From: Lama guanicoe
Lineage: Eukaryota
DNA length: 64,000 nt
Direction of reading: 5' to 3'
Assembly (NCBI GenBank): GCA_013239625.1
Contig: MU053557.1
Span: 565,063 to 629,062 of the forward strand
A model generated the notes under the pieces. It was not told the DNA's origin. It made no database searches and saw nothing but the letters and a program-made list of their open reading frames with translations. Made by a program: the position numbers and the translations under genes. Positions 1-12,899 of this stretch are shown here, piece by piece; position 1 is the first letter of the stretch; each line of letters opens with the position of its first letter.

Positions 1-769
1 ACCAGCAGAACAGGGTCAACAAGGTTCTTCCAACCCAACGTCTCTATCACCACACCATATGCCTGGCTGACCACGAAGGAAATTGTCCTCTCCCCTTCCA
101 GGCAGGTGCTTGGCTTCAGGATGAATTTGAAGCCTGATCTTAGTCTATCCCTCCTTATCTCCAGTTATCCCACAGTCATCTTCAATCGAAGGAGGAAGTG
201 GCAGGCAGGCCTGGACCGCAGGCACAAGGAGAAGGAAGCAAAGCTTCTCCTCGCTGTTCCTGTCCCACAGCTGTGCCTCCTAGAAGAGGATGGGACAGCT
301 GAGCTGGATGGAGACAGTGTTTCAGGTGGAGGCAATAAACACAGGTAAGGACCAACTGCTTCTTAAAACGAAGAGAATATGTAGGCCCAGAAGAGAAGTC
401 TGAGAACCTGACCTTCTAAATCTCCATATAAACCATAGCCACCATGATGAAACCAGCAAGGGAGAAGAAGACACTGGAAACACAGTCATTCATCTGGTCA
501 TTAACATCATTGTACGCCTACAGGTTACATTTGCAAAATTTGCATACTGTTATTGTAGTCATCTTAGAGTAAAGATTTTAACTAATTAAGCTCTTTCGCA
601 AGAGTCTATCTACTCCTTTTTTTTTTTTGTATCTCACACAGTGCCTGGCAAATAGGAGAAATATTCAAGAAAATATTTGTTGATAGTGAATCACGGATTA
701 AATTAAAACATTGATTCCATATTGTCCCATTATCACACTGATCCTAAACTTGCCAAGTTAAACATCTAC

Positions 770-1220
770 TTTCATTTTCATTCACTAATTTGCAAATACT
801 TGTTGAGTGCCCACTATGTGCCAGATACTTGGCTATGCACTTACCAACACACATGGTTGCTGACACTTCGGATAACACAATCCAGAGGGAAGACTGTCAA
901 GGGATAAATACAGACGAGGTGGGATGTTTAACAGGGAAGCCAGGATACTACGGGTGTGTCGGTAAGTCACCCTGACCTTGCCTGGGGCTTTCAGGGCATC
1001 TTCTCTAAGCAAAGATTTTTGTCTCAGAGCTAAGTGGGATTTCATGAGTCAGAGAGTGAGGGAAGGTGGGATCTGGGAATGTGTGCAGGTTTAGATGCCA
1101 GGGAAGACATGCTACGTTAGAAGAAAAGAAAGAAGAAAAGAAAGCAAGCATGACAAAAGTGGAAAAGAGATCAATGGTAGGATCTTTGATGGCTTCTAAA
1201 CCACCCTAAAGATTTTAGGC
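770..1220 (-). mobile_element. L2 LINE 3' fragment
   Basis: ttcattttcattcactaatttgcaaatacttgttgagtgcccactatgtgccagat is the reverse complement of the L2 3' terminus, followed by purine-rich decayed L2 body. Confidence 0.75.
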
Positions 1221-1232
1221 TTTTTCCTAGGG

Positions 1233-1487
1233 GGATTTTTATGAATATTTTTCACTTTTTACTTTTGATTGAAGTACAATCGATTGCCAGTGCTGTGTCA
1301 GTTTCTGGTGATTCACAGCACAGTAATTCAGTTATACACATATATGTTCTTTTTCATATTCTTTTTCATTATAGATTATTACAAGATATTGAATGTAGTT
1401 CCCTGTGTTATGCAGTAGGACCTTGTTGTTTATCTATTTTATACATAATAGTTAGTATCTGCAAATCCTCAACTTCCAATTTATTCC
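1233..1487 (-). mobile_element. 5'-truncated lineage-specific L1 3' end with TSD
   Basis: T-rich tail then ttgattgaagtacaatcgattg...tagttccctgtgttatgcagtaggaccttgttg (artiodactyl-type L1 3'UTR, antisense); tttcctaggg repeated at 1223-1232 and 1488-1497. Confidence 0.85.
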
Positions 1488-2904
1488 TTTCCTAGGGTTT
1501 TTTTAAAAAAGATCTTCTGATTGCCCAGTGGAGGACAGATAAACTAGAATGGTAATGGGAAGCCACCATACTGCATATGAGCAACAGTGTGACCGGCGAC
1601 TTCATCTGCCAGCAAGTAGAAATTGCTCAGATGGGTAGCATATAAGTTCAGGCTACCTCCAAGCCGTTTCTGTAACATGCTCTCTAGAGATCTTTAGAAT
1701 TTGAAAAGGGAAATAATAAGAGCCTAGTGAACAGACAGAAAGATCAGATGCTGAAGAGCAGGAGGAAGAGATTAAACTATTAGTCAGTGTGTGAGTGCCA
1801 AGTGCCTTCTAAGTGACCATGAATATTCAGGTAAATGTGTCTGGCTGGGAGGTGACTGAAACAGCAGGCACCCAGTGGACGAAATGTACTCAAGTAAATC
1901 TCTCAGTAACAGAAAACGTGGTATTGACTGATGCCCCTGTTAGGTTCTAAGCCTGGGTGTACAGATGGCAGCCAACATCCAGGCACAAGATTAAATACTC
2001 AGTGACCATCTGGATAGGCCATTGCCATCACACCAGACGTCTGGATCATTGGAAACATCTGGAACTTTGACCTGACTCTGCTCTTCCTGTGAAAATCCGC
2101 AGTACTGCAAGTCCCACCAGTGACTTGGAGAGGTCACGATTATCCACTGGCCAAGGGAGGAGTTCAGAGAAACGTGTGTCCAGGTAACGTGGTTGGGTTT
2201 CAGGGTCTAAGCGAGCTGCTTCCATACTCAAGAATCTAGTTTTTCTTTTTTCATCAGAAAAAGTTGATCCTAGAGTGTTCTGCTAAAATTCTAACTGTCT
2301 TTGGTCACCCTGAAATACACTGAAATTCTCACTTCCTGAAACACGGTCGGCAAACCCGCTACCTTACAAGGTGAAACGTCAGTGATTCTTGGAGCGATCC
2401 CTCTTCGGATTGAGGTACCGAAGACAGGGACACCTGTCTCAGCTGAAGTCAGGGGCCTCCACTGTGTGCTGCAGAGCTACCTTTGCCTGGTTATTTCCTC
2501 TTAGATGCCATAAACCAGTGCTTCCCTAGCTGCTCTCCTCCAGTTTGAAAGTAGAATTCGGACTAGAAGTTTAAGGGCAGTCACTAAGCGCCAATTGAGA
2601 AGCTTCCTGTAGACACTGAAAGCCGACTTGGAGGTGAGCCATGAAGACTACAGAAATGCCAGGAAGCTCAGTCTTACCCTCAGGACTGCTTCTGTCTGTG
2701 TGCTGACTGTATCTACAGGGTAGTGGAGTCCTGTTTTTACTGAGAAGACAAATCATCGCAACTAACAGAGAACACATTTACTTTTTTCCAAGAATTCTTT
2801 CCCAGGTAAACTGTGTCACTCCTTGTTGACTACAGAACTCTATTTTAACTTAAAGCATGACATCCTCATCAAAATGTTTGGGGCTGGCTCTCTGTATTGT
2901 GTTG

Positions 2905-3082
2905 GCTTCGGGTTCTAAGAGACACAGGTTCGAATCCTGTCACTCCCTGGCTGTTGCCTTTTCATGCATAATCTTCTCATCTGTAAAGTGGGGCTAATCA
3001 AGCACATATTGCACAGGATTTTTTTTTTTGAAGGTAAAATGTGATAATTAGCACAAAGACTGGCACACAATTTAGCACTCAA
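2905..3082 (+). mobile_element. MIR SINE
   Basis: ggttcgaatcctg B-box-like segment, core tctcatctgtaaagtgggg, 3' end ctggcacaca...gcactcaa. Confidence 0.75.
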
Positions 3083-4839
3083 GGGAAATCAACTGCTAAA
3101 TTTTAAATAAAGGGAAGCCTATGTTGTATTCTTTTGGAAAATGATATATTACCTCTGAGTTATTGTTTGTGTGAATTTTTAATATTCACAAATAAACTAC
3201 ACTTAAGGTCATAGACTTCTCTGTCCTCTATACAACACTGCTCTTGAGTACATTTGTGATTTACTTTGTCTTGTTACCCATCATAATAATCTAGAGTGCT
3301 GATACCTCTCTATTGCCTTTACAAAGGCTCTTCAAAGAGATAATCAAATATTTGCTAAATAATTTGATAAAGTTAATTCAACTAAAAAAGATAGAAAAAG
3401 CTCATCATAACTGCAAACTGTTACAATTTTTTCCTGATTAGAAAAGGGCTATGGAATTATTATAAAGAATTGAGGATATAGAAGATATAAGTAATAAATT
3501 TACACATAATCACTCCACTGAAAGAGTAATGTCATTAACATTCACGTGTATTTCCTTTCTGTCTTTCTCCTTTCTTTGTGTGTCTGCCTGTGTACCCATG
3601 TGATTATTAATAGTTAACCAAATTGGGATCACCACATATTGTTCTGCATCCCAATTTAAAAAATGAGAGTTTTTTTCTCCTTTACTGTCTTAAGTGAACT
3701 TGACTTTTACAGGCTACATAAGATTTCCTCCACAGGATGCTTGGGTCTTAATGTTTTAAAGCATTGAGATTCATCCATGAATAGGAATTGGGAAGCACCT
3801 TGGGATTCCCAATATCTAAGCCAAGGACTTCCACTTCATTATTCAAGGAGAAAAACTTGAGGACTTGTTAAAGGCCTTTCTCTAAATCATAATAAATATG
3901 GATCAATGAGGTTCCTATAGGATTTCAGACATGACCAATTTAATTGCTCTCATCTTACGCCTTTTGAGGTGATAAAATTAGTGACTATCTTCTCTATCAT
4001 GAACTTCAAAACACCAGTTGCAAACTTTGTAGTATCTTTTCAAAGAGAAAATAGTCACATTTTCAGTCTGCCTGCTTTTATCGATAGAAATTCTAAGACA
4101 AACTGAAAGAGGAAGAAATCCAGCGTCTCAAAAAGAAAAACTTATTCCATCTCCAGAATCTGGGGAGAGGAAGAACTTCATGGAAGGGAACTCGAATTCA
4201 CACAGTGAATTGATTAAGCTGATTCTTTAATCCATAGACACAGGAAAAAACAAGTCTTAAGAAATCAAAAGGAAATATTGATGTGACTGCTTTAACCAAA
4301 TAGAAATGATTTATGAACACCTACAAGTCCTAGAACTAGACAGTCGACAAGTCGCTCCCATCCCTCCTCCTGCCTTCTTCTTCTGCTGTGACCTCAGTTC
4401 AGGCTGTGTCCCTCCAGGCTGCCCCCACAAACAATCTCTCTCCCTGGTCCAGCACATCCCGGAAGAGCAGAACACAACAAAGCCGAAGAGAAAACAGAGC
4501 AGTATGTGTGAAGGTCTTGCGTTTTCACTTTCAGCACATGTGTGGAGGTTCTGAAGTTCTGAGTAGCAGAAACACTTGAACGCTATTATTACAGAATTTT
4601 TAAAACTTAGCCCCCTTTCCTTCAATATGTGAACTTAATGGATTCCGGTGAATCCCCACATGGAAGCTGTGCTAGATCTTCTTATGGTTCCTCCAAATCA
4701 TGACTACATTTTCCCAGAGTCTCAGGTACCATAGGATATGGAAGCAAGTGAATTAGGTGAAAGGTATGTGTCCTTCCCTTCAAATCTCTTCACTCAGTAT
4801 TCCATTAATTTATTATTTTTTTAAGTCATTAAGTTATTG

Positions 4840-5212
4840 GCCCTAAAACTTCATTCTCCTTTATCCACACCCTTTATCATTGGCTTATTTTGGCCAATGA
4901 GGTATGGGTGGAAGTGACAGGGTTCTAGTTTTGATCCTATTCATTAAAAGGCATCATTGTTGCTGCTTACCCTCTTGTGGTCTTGCCTTCTACCATGAGA
5001 ATGATACACTCTAGCTAGCTTGCTTGTCCAAGAAGGTTGAGAGACAGGCAGAGCAGACTCAACCTAGAGCTTGGAACTAAACCCAGTTAAGCTCTGCCCA
5101 GATCAGTCAACCTCCAGATAACTTGCAGATACACAAGTGAGATAAATGCTTATTGTCATAGGCCTTTAGGATTTTTATAGCTGTTTGTTACACAGCAATC
5201 ACTGACTGACAT
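4840..5212 (+). mobile_element. MLT1 (MaLR) solo LTR, old subfamily
   Basis: ttggccaatgaggtatgggtggaagtgaca motif and 3' end ataaatgcttattgt...tttgttacacagcaatcactgactgaca. Confidence 0.75.
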
Positions 5213-5219
5213 ATTTATG

Positions 5220-5640
5220 CATGCATTCATTCTTCATTCAACAACCACTTGTAGAGTATCAGTGCTCTGTGAGGCAATGTGCAAGCTAGGCACTAGGGAG
5301 CCAGTAAAAATAAGATATAGTCCCTGCCTTCATAGAACATATTTTATAGTAAGGGAGATAAGTAAGCAGGAAATTACAACATAGTACCCTAAGTGTCAAG
5401 GGTGTGGAAAGTACAGTGTTGTCATGGGAGAGCACAGAAATGGTACCTAACCTATAGAAGGAAGATGACGGACATCTTGTCTGGCTCAGAGTAGGCCAGA
5501 GTATTCTTTGTGGAATACAGCTTGAATGAAAAATAATGAATGAGCTAACACTGGAAGAATAAATAGTGAAGCAAAATAGTGTATGTAGGGATAGAGGAGT
5601 GGGGCATAACTGTTCCATTGAGAGGAAACAGCGGGGGCAA
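5220..5640 (-). mobile_element. L2 LINE 3' fragment
   Basis: cattcattcttcattcaacaaccacttg...gtccctgccttcatagaa, antisense L2 end. Confidence 0.7.
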
Positions 5641-5724
5641 TGGCCAAGATACCAGAAATAATCAAATATATGTTCAGCTCTTGGGTACCAGTTTGAGATC
5701 CGTGCATGTAAATGTATGGTGCTC

Positions 5725-5865
5725 AAATTTCAGTGTGCAAAAAAAAAAATCAGCTGAGATACATGTTTAAAATGTAGATTCTTAGTCCTCACACCCAGAA
5801 ATCCTGATTTAATAAGTCTGGTCAGGACTGGGAATCTGAATTTTAGCAGCTCCCTAGGGGTACTT
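5725..5865. mobile_element. MER5-like hAT-Charlie MITE
   Basis: gtgctcaaatttcagtgtgca...taaaatgtagattcttagtcctcacacccaga...gggaatctgaatttt. Confidence 0.65.
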
Positions 5866-6534
5866 GAGAGAAGAATTACAGAAGTAGAATTTGAGACAGC
5901 AAAATCAGAGAAGTAGAATTAAGTGACCATATAATTTTCTTAAATTCTCTATTTCCTAAAAATCTGTGTTATCAAAACCAAAATACAGTCCTAAATGGCT
6001 GATTCCATTACCTGGTTCCTTTAATTTAGTTTGGTTTTCTCTTCTCTGGGGTGGGGAAGGGGCAGGGCAGTTTTAAGAGAAGGTAACTAAGACTTTGGGG
6101 CTACTGACTCAAAGGATTATTTCTTACATTTAAAGCAACACTTCTAAGAAAGGTTTTTTCTGGAATCTCCATGTTTCCTAATAATATCACTCTCTGTACC
6201 CAAAGCTGTAGCCATACTGGATAATTCCCAGTTTCCTCTCATGACAGGTATCTCTCCCCACAATTGTTCTTCCTTTCTTCACTTGGTGAGTCCCTCCTCA
6301 TGCCACAAACCAGCTTCAAATGCTGTCCTGGGACACCTTCCATAATGCCCTACAAATTAATGACTTGTTCATTCATTCAATCATTCGCTGACTTGACTGA
6401 TGTACTGAGAACTTACTATGTGGCTGGCATTTGGGAGAACTTGAGAAACAAAACTCTGTTCCTGGCCATCAAGCTTAAGTTACTCTTCCTCACAGCATTC
6501 TGCTTACAGCTAATTGTTGGAGCTATATTTGCCA

Positions 6535-6740
6535 AGCAGTTACTTTGCTCCAGGCTCTACGCTTAGCATCCTACGGGCATTGAAACCTAAATGTTTCATT
6601 GGTTCCATTTTGTATACACGTGAACTGAGGCAGACAGAGGTTAAATAATTTGTCCAAAATCTCACTGCAAGGTTAAATCACAGAACTGGGATTTGAATGC
6701 AGTTAGACTGAATGCAGAGGTTTGCCTTGATAACTTTATA
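6535..6740 (-). mobile_element. MIR SINE
   Basis: ccattttgtatacacgtgaactgaggcagacagaggttaaataatttgtccaa...ctgggatttgaat. Confidence 0.7.
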
Positions 6741-7429
6741 ACATTCCTTCTATATCTTTATCACACTTTCATTGTACAGTATTATAATTAGGTATTTAGC
6801 TGGCTGTCTCTCTCATTACACTTTGAACAGTTCCAGAGAAAGCACAAAAAGAAAATCAACTTTATATTACATAGCACCTGGTATATAAAATTTACATTAA
6901 AAAATCATTGGATCATAGAAACGGAGATGTTTATTTCCAATGGCAAGTGTGCTTTGATAAGTAAAGCGTGACAAGACCGAATTATTGTGTATTTTTGGAA
7001 CTGGGGGTATAATCTAGAATTTGGATGGTGTTCAGTTTTAAACTTGTACAACTTGGCTGGATTCATGTAGTCTGGTTAAAATAGTCTCTTTTATTTTAAG
7101 CTTGAAGAAACACACTGTAGCAAAATATTTAGTTTTTATTGTATGTTAATAGGAATAAAATGATAAATCTTCCCTGATATGATAATAAAATTTACTAAAC
7201 ATTTACAGTGTGCTTGATACTATGCCAAGAACTTTATATGCACTGTCTCATTGGATATTTCCCAAAGAACTCTGACACACAAACTTATTTTTATTCCCAA
7301 CTTGGTCTTCTGAGTTCAGCTTCACTGTGCGAGAAGTGTGTAAGTTATCACTTTTGTTCTTACAACAATAACAACAGCAAAATCTGGGCAATCTAAAGAC
7401 CGATAATTTTCCTTGAAATGTCAGAGAAC

Positions 7430-7978
7430 TGAGGTTGAAGGACAAAAAGTCACTCTGAAATATAGAGAAACAGACACATAGAAAGAGCCACTGCCAGAAT
7501 CACTTACCTGGAGCAGAAACCACTAGAACCGCAAATTGTTAGGAACACTTAATGGTGATTTCGATGGGCTGATGAAGACTGAATATGTACTAACATGAGA
7601 GAAAGAAACAATATCAAGGGGGGCTGTAGTCCTAGAGGGTCCTCAAACTTTCATGACTTTTACCGTCAAGAACTACACCAGGTTCTCATAGTGAAGATCC
7701 AAGAAACATCCTCTCCTGGCTTTGGCAGGGGGAGGGGAAGAGTAACCATGGTGAAATTATCTCAAAGCCTTATCTTTAACAAAGGCCTCCTTTCCAAGGA
7801 GAAGACTTTGCTAGCATTATCTCAGCTGGGGGAAGGGTGTTCCTCCCATTACAGCATCCTCTAGCCTTTCTATCTCACTTAATGGGTGGGGATAAGGGAA
7901 AACCCTAGTCAACTGAGGTCAGGGATTCACAACAGCAGACAGGGAAGGCCACAACCAGGAAAGTATGTAGAGGAAGGA

Positions 7979-8019
<41 letters not shown>

Positions 8020-8620
8020 AAGCTACTGCTCTGGAGAAACCCCTGTGAACGCCATAGTCTAGAGAGATAAGCCTATTAAAAGACTATAAATTATAAGATT
8101 GTAGAATGTTCTCCCTCTCCCACACCTTGTCATGACAATAACTGGGCTCTGGGACAATAATAGTGGATTAGAGCTCAAAGAGCTGCAAGATACAGATTCT
8201 CCCTGAGGAGTATACCTTGGGGAGCCCAGAATCAAGAGGAGAGACAAAAACAAGGGCACTGAAGGAATCCGAAGCCTCTGGCACCTATACAGACAGCAAG
8301 CATTAAACACAGCCCGGCTCCTAGTCTGGTTAATATAAATCCCCAACTAAAGTTTCTACTACCCAATACAACATATCTGGCTTTCAACAAAAATTACAAG
8401 GCATACTAAAAGGCATTAAAAAAAAATCATCAGAACCAGACTCAAGTATGACACATATGCTGGGATTACTTAAACAGCTACGATTAATATGTTAAGGGCT
8501 CTAATGGGAAAAGTAGATAACATGCAAAAAGAGACGGGTAATGCAGGCAGAGATGAAAACTGAGAAAGAATCAAAAGGAAATGAGATGCATAAATGAAGA
8601 ATGCCTTTGACCCAAGTTGC
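7430..8620 (+). mobile_element. Old L1M 5'UTR plus start of decayed ORF1
   Basis: ggctttcaacaaaattacaaggcatactaaaaggc, tcagaaccagactca and attaatatgttaagggctctaatgggaaaagtagataacatgcaa are typical of L1MC/MD 5' ends and the ORF1 coiled-coil region. Confidence 0.7.
7982..8018 (+). repeat. Poly(A) run, 37 nt
   Basis: Uninterrupted A run counted directly. Confidence 0.95.
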
Positions 8621-8964
8621 CCAAACACAGCAAGACAGATGCTCCAGTGCCTGAAAACTTTTTACCACCTTCCCTTATTACTCTTCCTTCAGTGGCCAGA
8701 TCCCGTGTCCCTCCATTGTGAAAACTTCCTGAACGTCTATCTCCAGACTTCCTCAAGCCTCTCATGATGGTCTGTTTCTTCCTCTGTTAATACACTAGTT
8801 TGTACTGTAACTTATTCTTCACATTTCTGTTTTATTCACTGAACTGAGAGTTCCTTGAGAGTAGGATATGCGTCTTATTCAAATTCCCTCGCCAGGATCC
8901 CATAATGCTTAGTGCATACATGGAAAGTGTTCACAGGATGCTACTGCGAGACATAATGATGATA

Positions 8965-9200
8965 ATAATAATAGAAACTACTTACTGTACAGTTTATTGT
9001 ATGCCAGGTTCTCTGCTAAGAATATGCATTATCTCATGGAATTCTCACCATGATCTCTATAGGGTGACTGTTGCTGTATCTGCTATTTGTATGAGTGAGG
9101 ATATTGAGGCTGAGAGAGGTAAAGTAATTGCCTGTGACCTCCAGTAGGGTATAGATTGAACCCAAATGGCTTGCTTCCAAAGCCCAAGTTTGGCACTACC
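8965..9200 (-). mobile_element. MIR SINE
   Basis: atgccaggttctctgctaag...atgagtgaggatattgaggctgagagaggtaaagtaattgcct...ttgaaccca. Confidence 0.75.
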
Positions 9201-9719
9201 AAACACTGCCCTGTTGTGACTATCCCACCACGAAGAGGCAAATATAACTTCTGAAAAGGAAGCATGGTTTTATCCTTATTTAGTAGGGACTGATGTCCTA
9301 CCAGTGTTCTGTTTTTGTATCCAAAAGATGTATCTCTGAAAGTTTCCTTGGAAGCACTTAGCAAATTGCCTTTAGGAGAGTAACTTGCCTTTGAGTCACT
9401 GGGGACAGAACTCAAAAGAGGGGGTGTCTCAGGGGGATGAGAAAATGACTCCACTGCCAAGGAAAGGCAGCAGCATCAGAGCTTTGGTGTTTGGGGATGT
9501 GAAAGGGGACTCTGCCCAGTCCCCTGGGAGGGGGCTGGGAGAAAGAAAAGTCATCAAGGCTCTTGATTCATGAGCTGTAGGAATTCTGAGCTGTTTGTCT
9601 GAATCCAGCTTCTAGGAGCTGGCTGATGGCTGGTAACAAGGGCTATTCTGAATGCTAGAAATGAGTTTGCACCAGCACCTATGGAAGAAGCCAGAAAAGA
9701 AAGTACACGCTGTCACCAC

Positions 9720-9766
9720 GTCCCTTTAGACGGGCTGGAGGTCCCTTTAGACGGGCTGGAGGTCCC
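9720..9766. repeat. Perfect 21-bp tandem duplication
   Basis: gtccctttagacgggctggag at 9720-9740 and 9741-9761, then partial gtccc. Confidence 0.95.
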
Positions 9767-11962
9767 CTCAGCCCCCCTACCGCTTTCTCTAGACCAGCTG
9801 CACCCAGCTGCCAGCACCTCTCCTCGTGGCTACAGCTGAAGATGCCATGTTCTTATTCTGTTTCCAGCTACCTGAACTGAGGAGACTTCCCAGTGACAGC
9901 AGGATTGAAAACCTGCTGATGCAATCGTATTAAAATGGCTTGCTCTATAATCGGCTATTTGTCTGTGTCTATATTTGGTTTTCTTTTCAACTGATCTGAC
10001 TGATTTCATCTAACAATAACAGACATGCATAATTTGGGGCATAATTTAGACATAAGCAGAGTCACCTATGAGGAACCAATGGTAATTTGTTGGTGGATGC
10101 CATCTATATGCTTAAGGCAACAAAGAGATCAAGGCGGGGTGGGAGGGGTTTTCTATCTAAGTAAATTGAGGCAAAGAGTTGAAAATCCTCATTTTCTATG
10201 CTCTAGGCCCAAAAGATGTGAGCTCTGGAATGCTGACATTCGCTCAATTCAAGCTTGAAACAGTGGAGACACACACACACTAACAAAAGGGAACATAACT
10301 GAATGGGAAAGAAAAAGCAGAAAAGCCTCAAAGGAAAGAATCAGTAAGGCTTCAAGTTCTTCTAGGAGCTTCCTTCCCCATCCCACCACCGGCTGATGGT
10401 CCATTTTTGGTCAGATCCCAGGGCTGCGTTAATGCCCTGCCTTGAACCTTTACTTCTACCTTCAGATGATTTGCAACTTATAAGCATGACTTCCGCCTCT
10501 GAATGTGGACTCTTCAAACTGTATCAGAATTAAAATGAGGTGGAAGAGATTCTATTTCTGAGTTGGGCTGGGGAGGAAACAAGTTGTATTCACTATATTC
10601 CTCCACTGATCAAGACACCTTCTAAAACACAGTTGTGGTTCTTGCAAATGCATTTTGGTAGTTCTCTGCACTTTCAACACCACTGAGGAAGCTTAAAAGC
10701 CTCCAGTGTGCATTCAGATTCTGAATTTGAACTGTGAAAACAAAAATGACTCCACTGAAAGGATGCAACTTGCCCAGGAATGCATCATTCCTTTGAAGCT
10801 TACCTCTTTAAACATCTTTCAGTGTTCCTAAGATGGCCTGGATCTTAATGAAATACAGAAATGAGGGGAAATGGACCACAGTTTGGTTCTTTTTTTCTCT
10901 CTACTTCTGGGAGAATTAACTTCACATAGGATACGCTAATGGAATTTTCCAAAGGGGGGTTATAAGGGAAGTGGATCACCCCTGGGGTTTTAACCAATGG
11001 CTCCACAGATAATGTTGAACTCAGAGCTTTTCACATCATCCACAGGCACATCACTGATAGTTTATCCTGAAAGATTCAAGATCTGCCTGGTTCATTTCAG
11101 ACTCCGCAGAGTCAACCACAGTAACAGAAAGGTGGCTTTCAATTCAGTAGAGACTAGTTACCTAGCAACAAAGGCCACAGGAAGTTAGGATCCATTAAGA
11201 AAGAGAAGGAAACACAATGCTATGATTACTCTGAGGCACTGAAATACCTCTTTAGAACGTTGAGCTTTCAATTCATCTGTCTTACAAATTAATTACTCCT
11301 TTCACTGCAATTGTCTGCATACATGTATAAAAAAAGAAACCAGAAAGAAATCATAGTGCTTTGTCATAAAGCAGCAGGACTGCAGACTGAATTACACTTT
11401 TCATCTAGACTGAAGATTCTGAGAAATATCAGCATGCATTTAAATATCTTTTTGACAATGGTAGACCTCCTTTTGAGTGAGAATTTAGAAGATTCTTTGC
11501 TCTAAAAATGAGAACTTTTTAGAATGTCTAATTTTCTCATGAATGGCAAATTAGCAAATAAGATATTTGAGTGTTTAGTCTCTAATCTGCATAATAATAA
11601 CTGCTCTCAAAACAAAATCATCTATTTTATATTCTTAGTGGGAAACCACTTTACACAAATTTTAGAGGAAATGTAATGCTTTGCATCCAGAAGGCCAATA
11701 TTTACCTTCCAGTTTTTATAGAGCTGTGAATAATAATGAGTCATTCTCCTCCATAGCCGAGCTTTTCCTCTAAGTGAATTTAGGCAAAGATTGGGAACTC
11801 ACTTTTCATGTTTATGCTAATGCTCAATTCAAATCATGTTGGAAGGAGGAGGAGGGAAAAAGGCAGAAGGAGAAAGAGAAAGAGGAGGCAGGGGAGGAAG
11901 AGGAGACAATGGTGGCTGCCTGAGGTGAATTCAAAGTACTTGTAGACTTGTGGGTGCAAGTA

Positions 11963-12802
11963 ATGATACCAAGCAGGACGCTGCAGGACGCTGCAGGACC
12001 CCTCCAATCCCTGACTCTTGTTTATAGAAAAGCTGAAGTCTCACCTGCGTCCCCAAGTCATAGAAGAGCAAGCTCAAGCAGCTGATTAGGACAAGCCTGT
12101 AGGCACTGGGGGATAGCAATTATTCTGAACGCCTACCTCAATAATTAATTGAGATTACTCCCCCATTTCCCTTTAAAACTTTCATGGCTGAACAGAATCT
12201 TCGGAGATGGTTTTTCTGGGAGATGCTGGGTCCACCAGATTGCAGGCATTCTGATTAAAAGCAACTTTGCTTTTTCTTATCAAGGCTGTTGCCCCCAGGA
12301 TCATACCCCTGCCCCTCCCTGGAATAGAAACCAATTATTCTTATCTAAGTCTCAAGAGGCAGCTACAAAGAGAAGAAACAAGAACAGATTAGAACCAATT
12401 AAGCCCAAAATGGCATAGGATTTGACTTTCAGTGGACCTTGAGCCTCATTATACATTTGCTGTAATGTATTAGCATGCTCAATGACACATCCACCAGCGT
12501 CATGACAGTTGACGGTTGCCGTGACAACAACTGGAAAAGCCCATACATGGACAGAAGACAAGGTGATTGGCTCCAGCACATCTGGAAGGAAGACATGATG
12601 GGAGAAGCATCCAATAAAAGTCCAAACATGGCCCAGTCTGAGGTGGGAGCTGTCTCCACTAGCCATCTCGGCTGACAGCTCCCTGCTAGACTGCTTCTCT
12701 TTCCTTTTCCCTACTCAAGCGCCTTCTTGCCTTTTCCCATCCCTTGAGCAATAAAGCAGTTTTTCACTTTGTCCCTCTGCCTTTGCTGCACGTTCTTTCA
12801 CA
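11963..12802 (+). mobile_element. ERV1-class LTR sequence; 3' part MER41-like, probably two LTR pieces
   Basis: Starts tgatacc; ATTAAA near 12254; MER41-like gacacatccaccagcgtcatgacagttgacggttgccgtgacaac near 12484-12528; AATAAA near 12750; ends ttcaca. Confidence 0.65.
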
Positions 12803-12899
12803 GCTGGCAGACAAGGCCCCACACCTTTGGTGGGCTTTCCAATTTGATGATCTATCTGCTAACAGTAATGGCAGTGGTTATAGAATAGTACTTACTAAA

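Noticed and set aside
5880..5920. agaagtagaatt direct repeat as a TSD
   Set aside because: The 17-nt spacer has no tail or element features; more likely a small local duplication
7498..7520. U1 snRNA 5' end (acttacctgg)
   Set aside because: Match stops after about 10 nt and lies within an L1M 5' region
7982..8018. Poly(A) tail of a retrocopy
   Set aside because: No TSD or upstream AATAAA seen; it sits inside a continuous L1M 5'UTR and is best explained as an expanded A run
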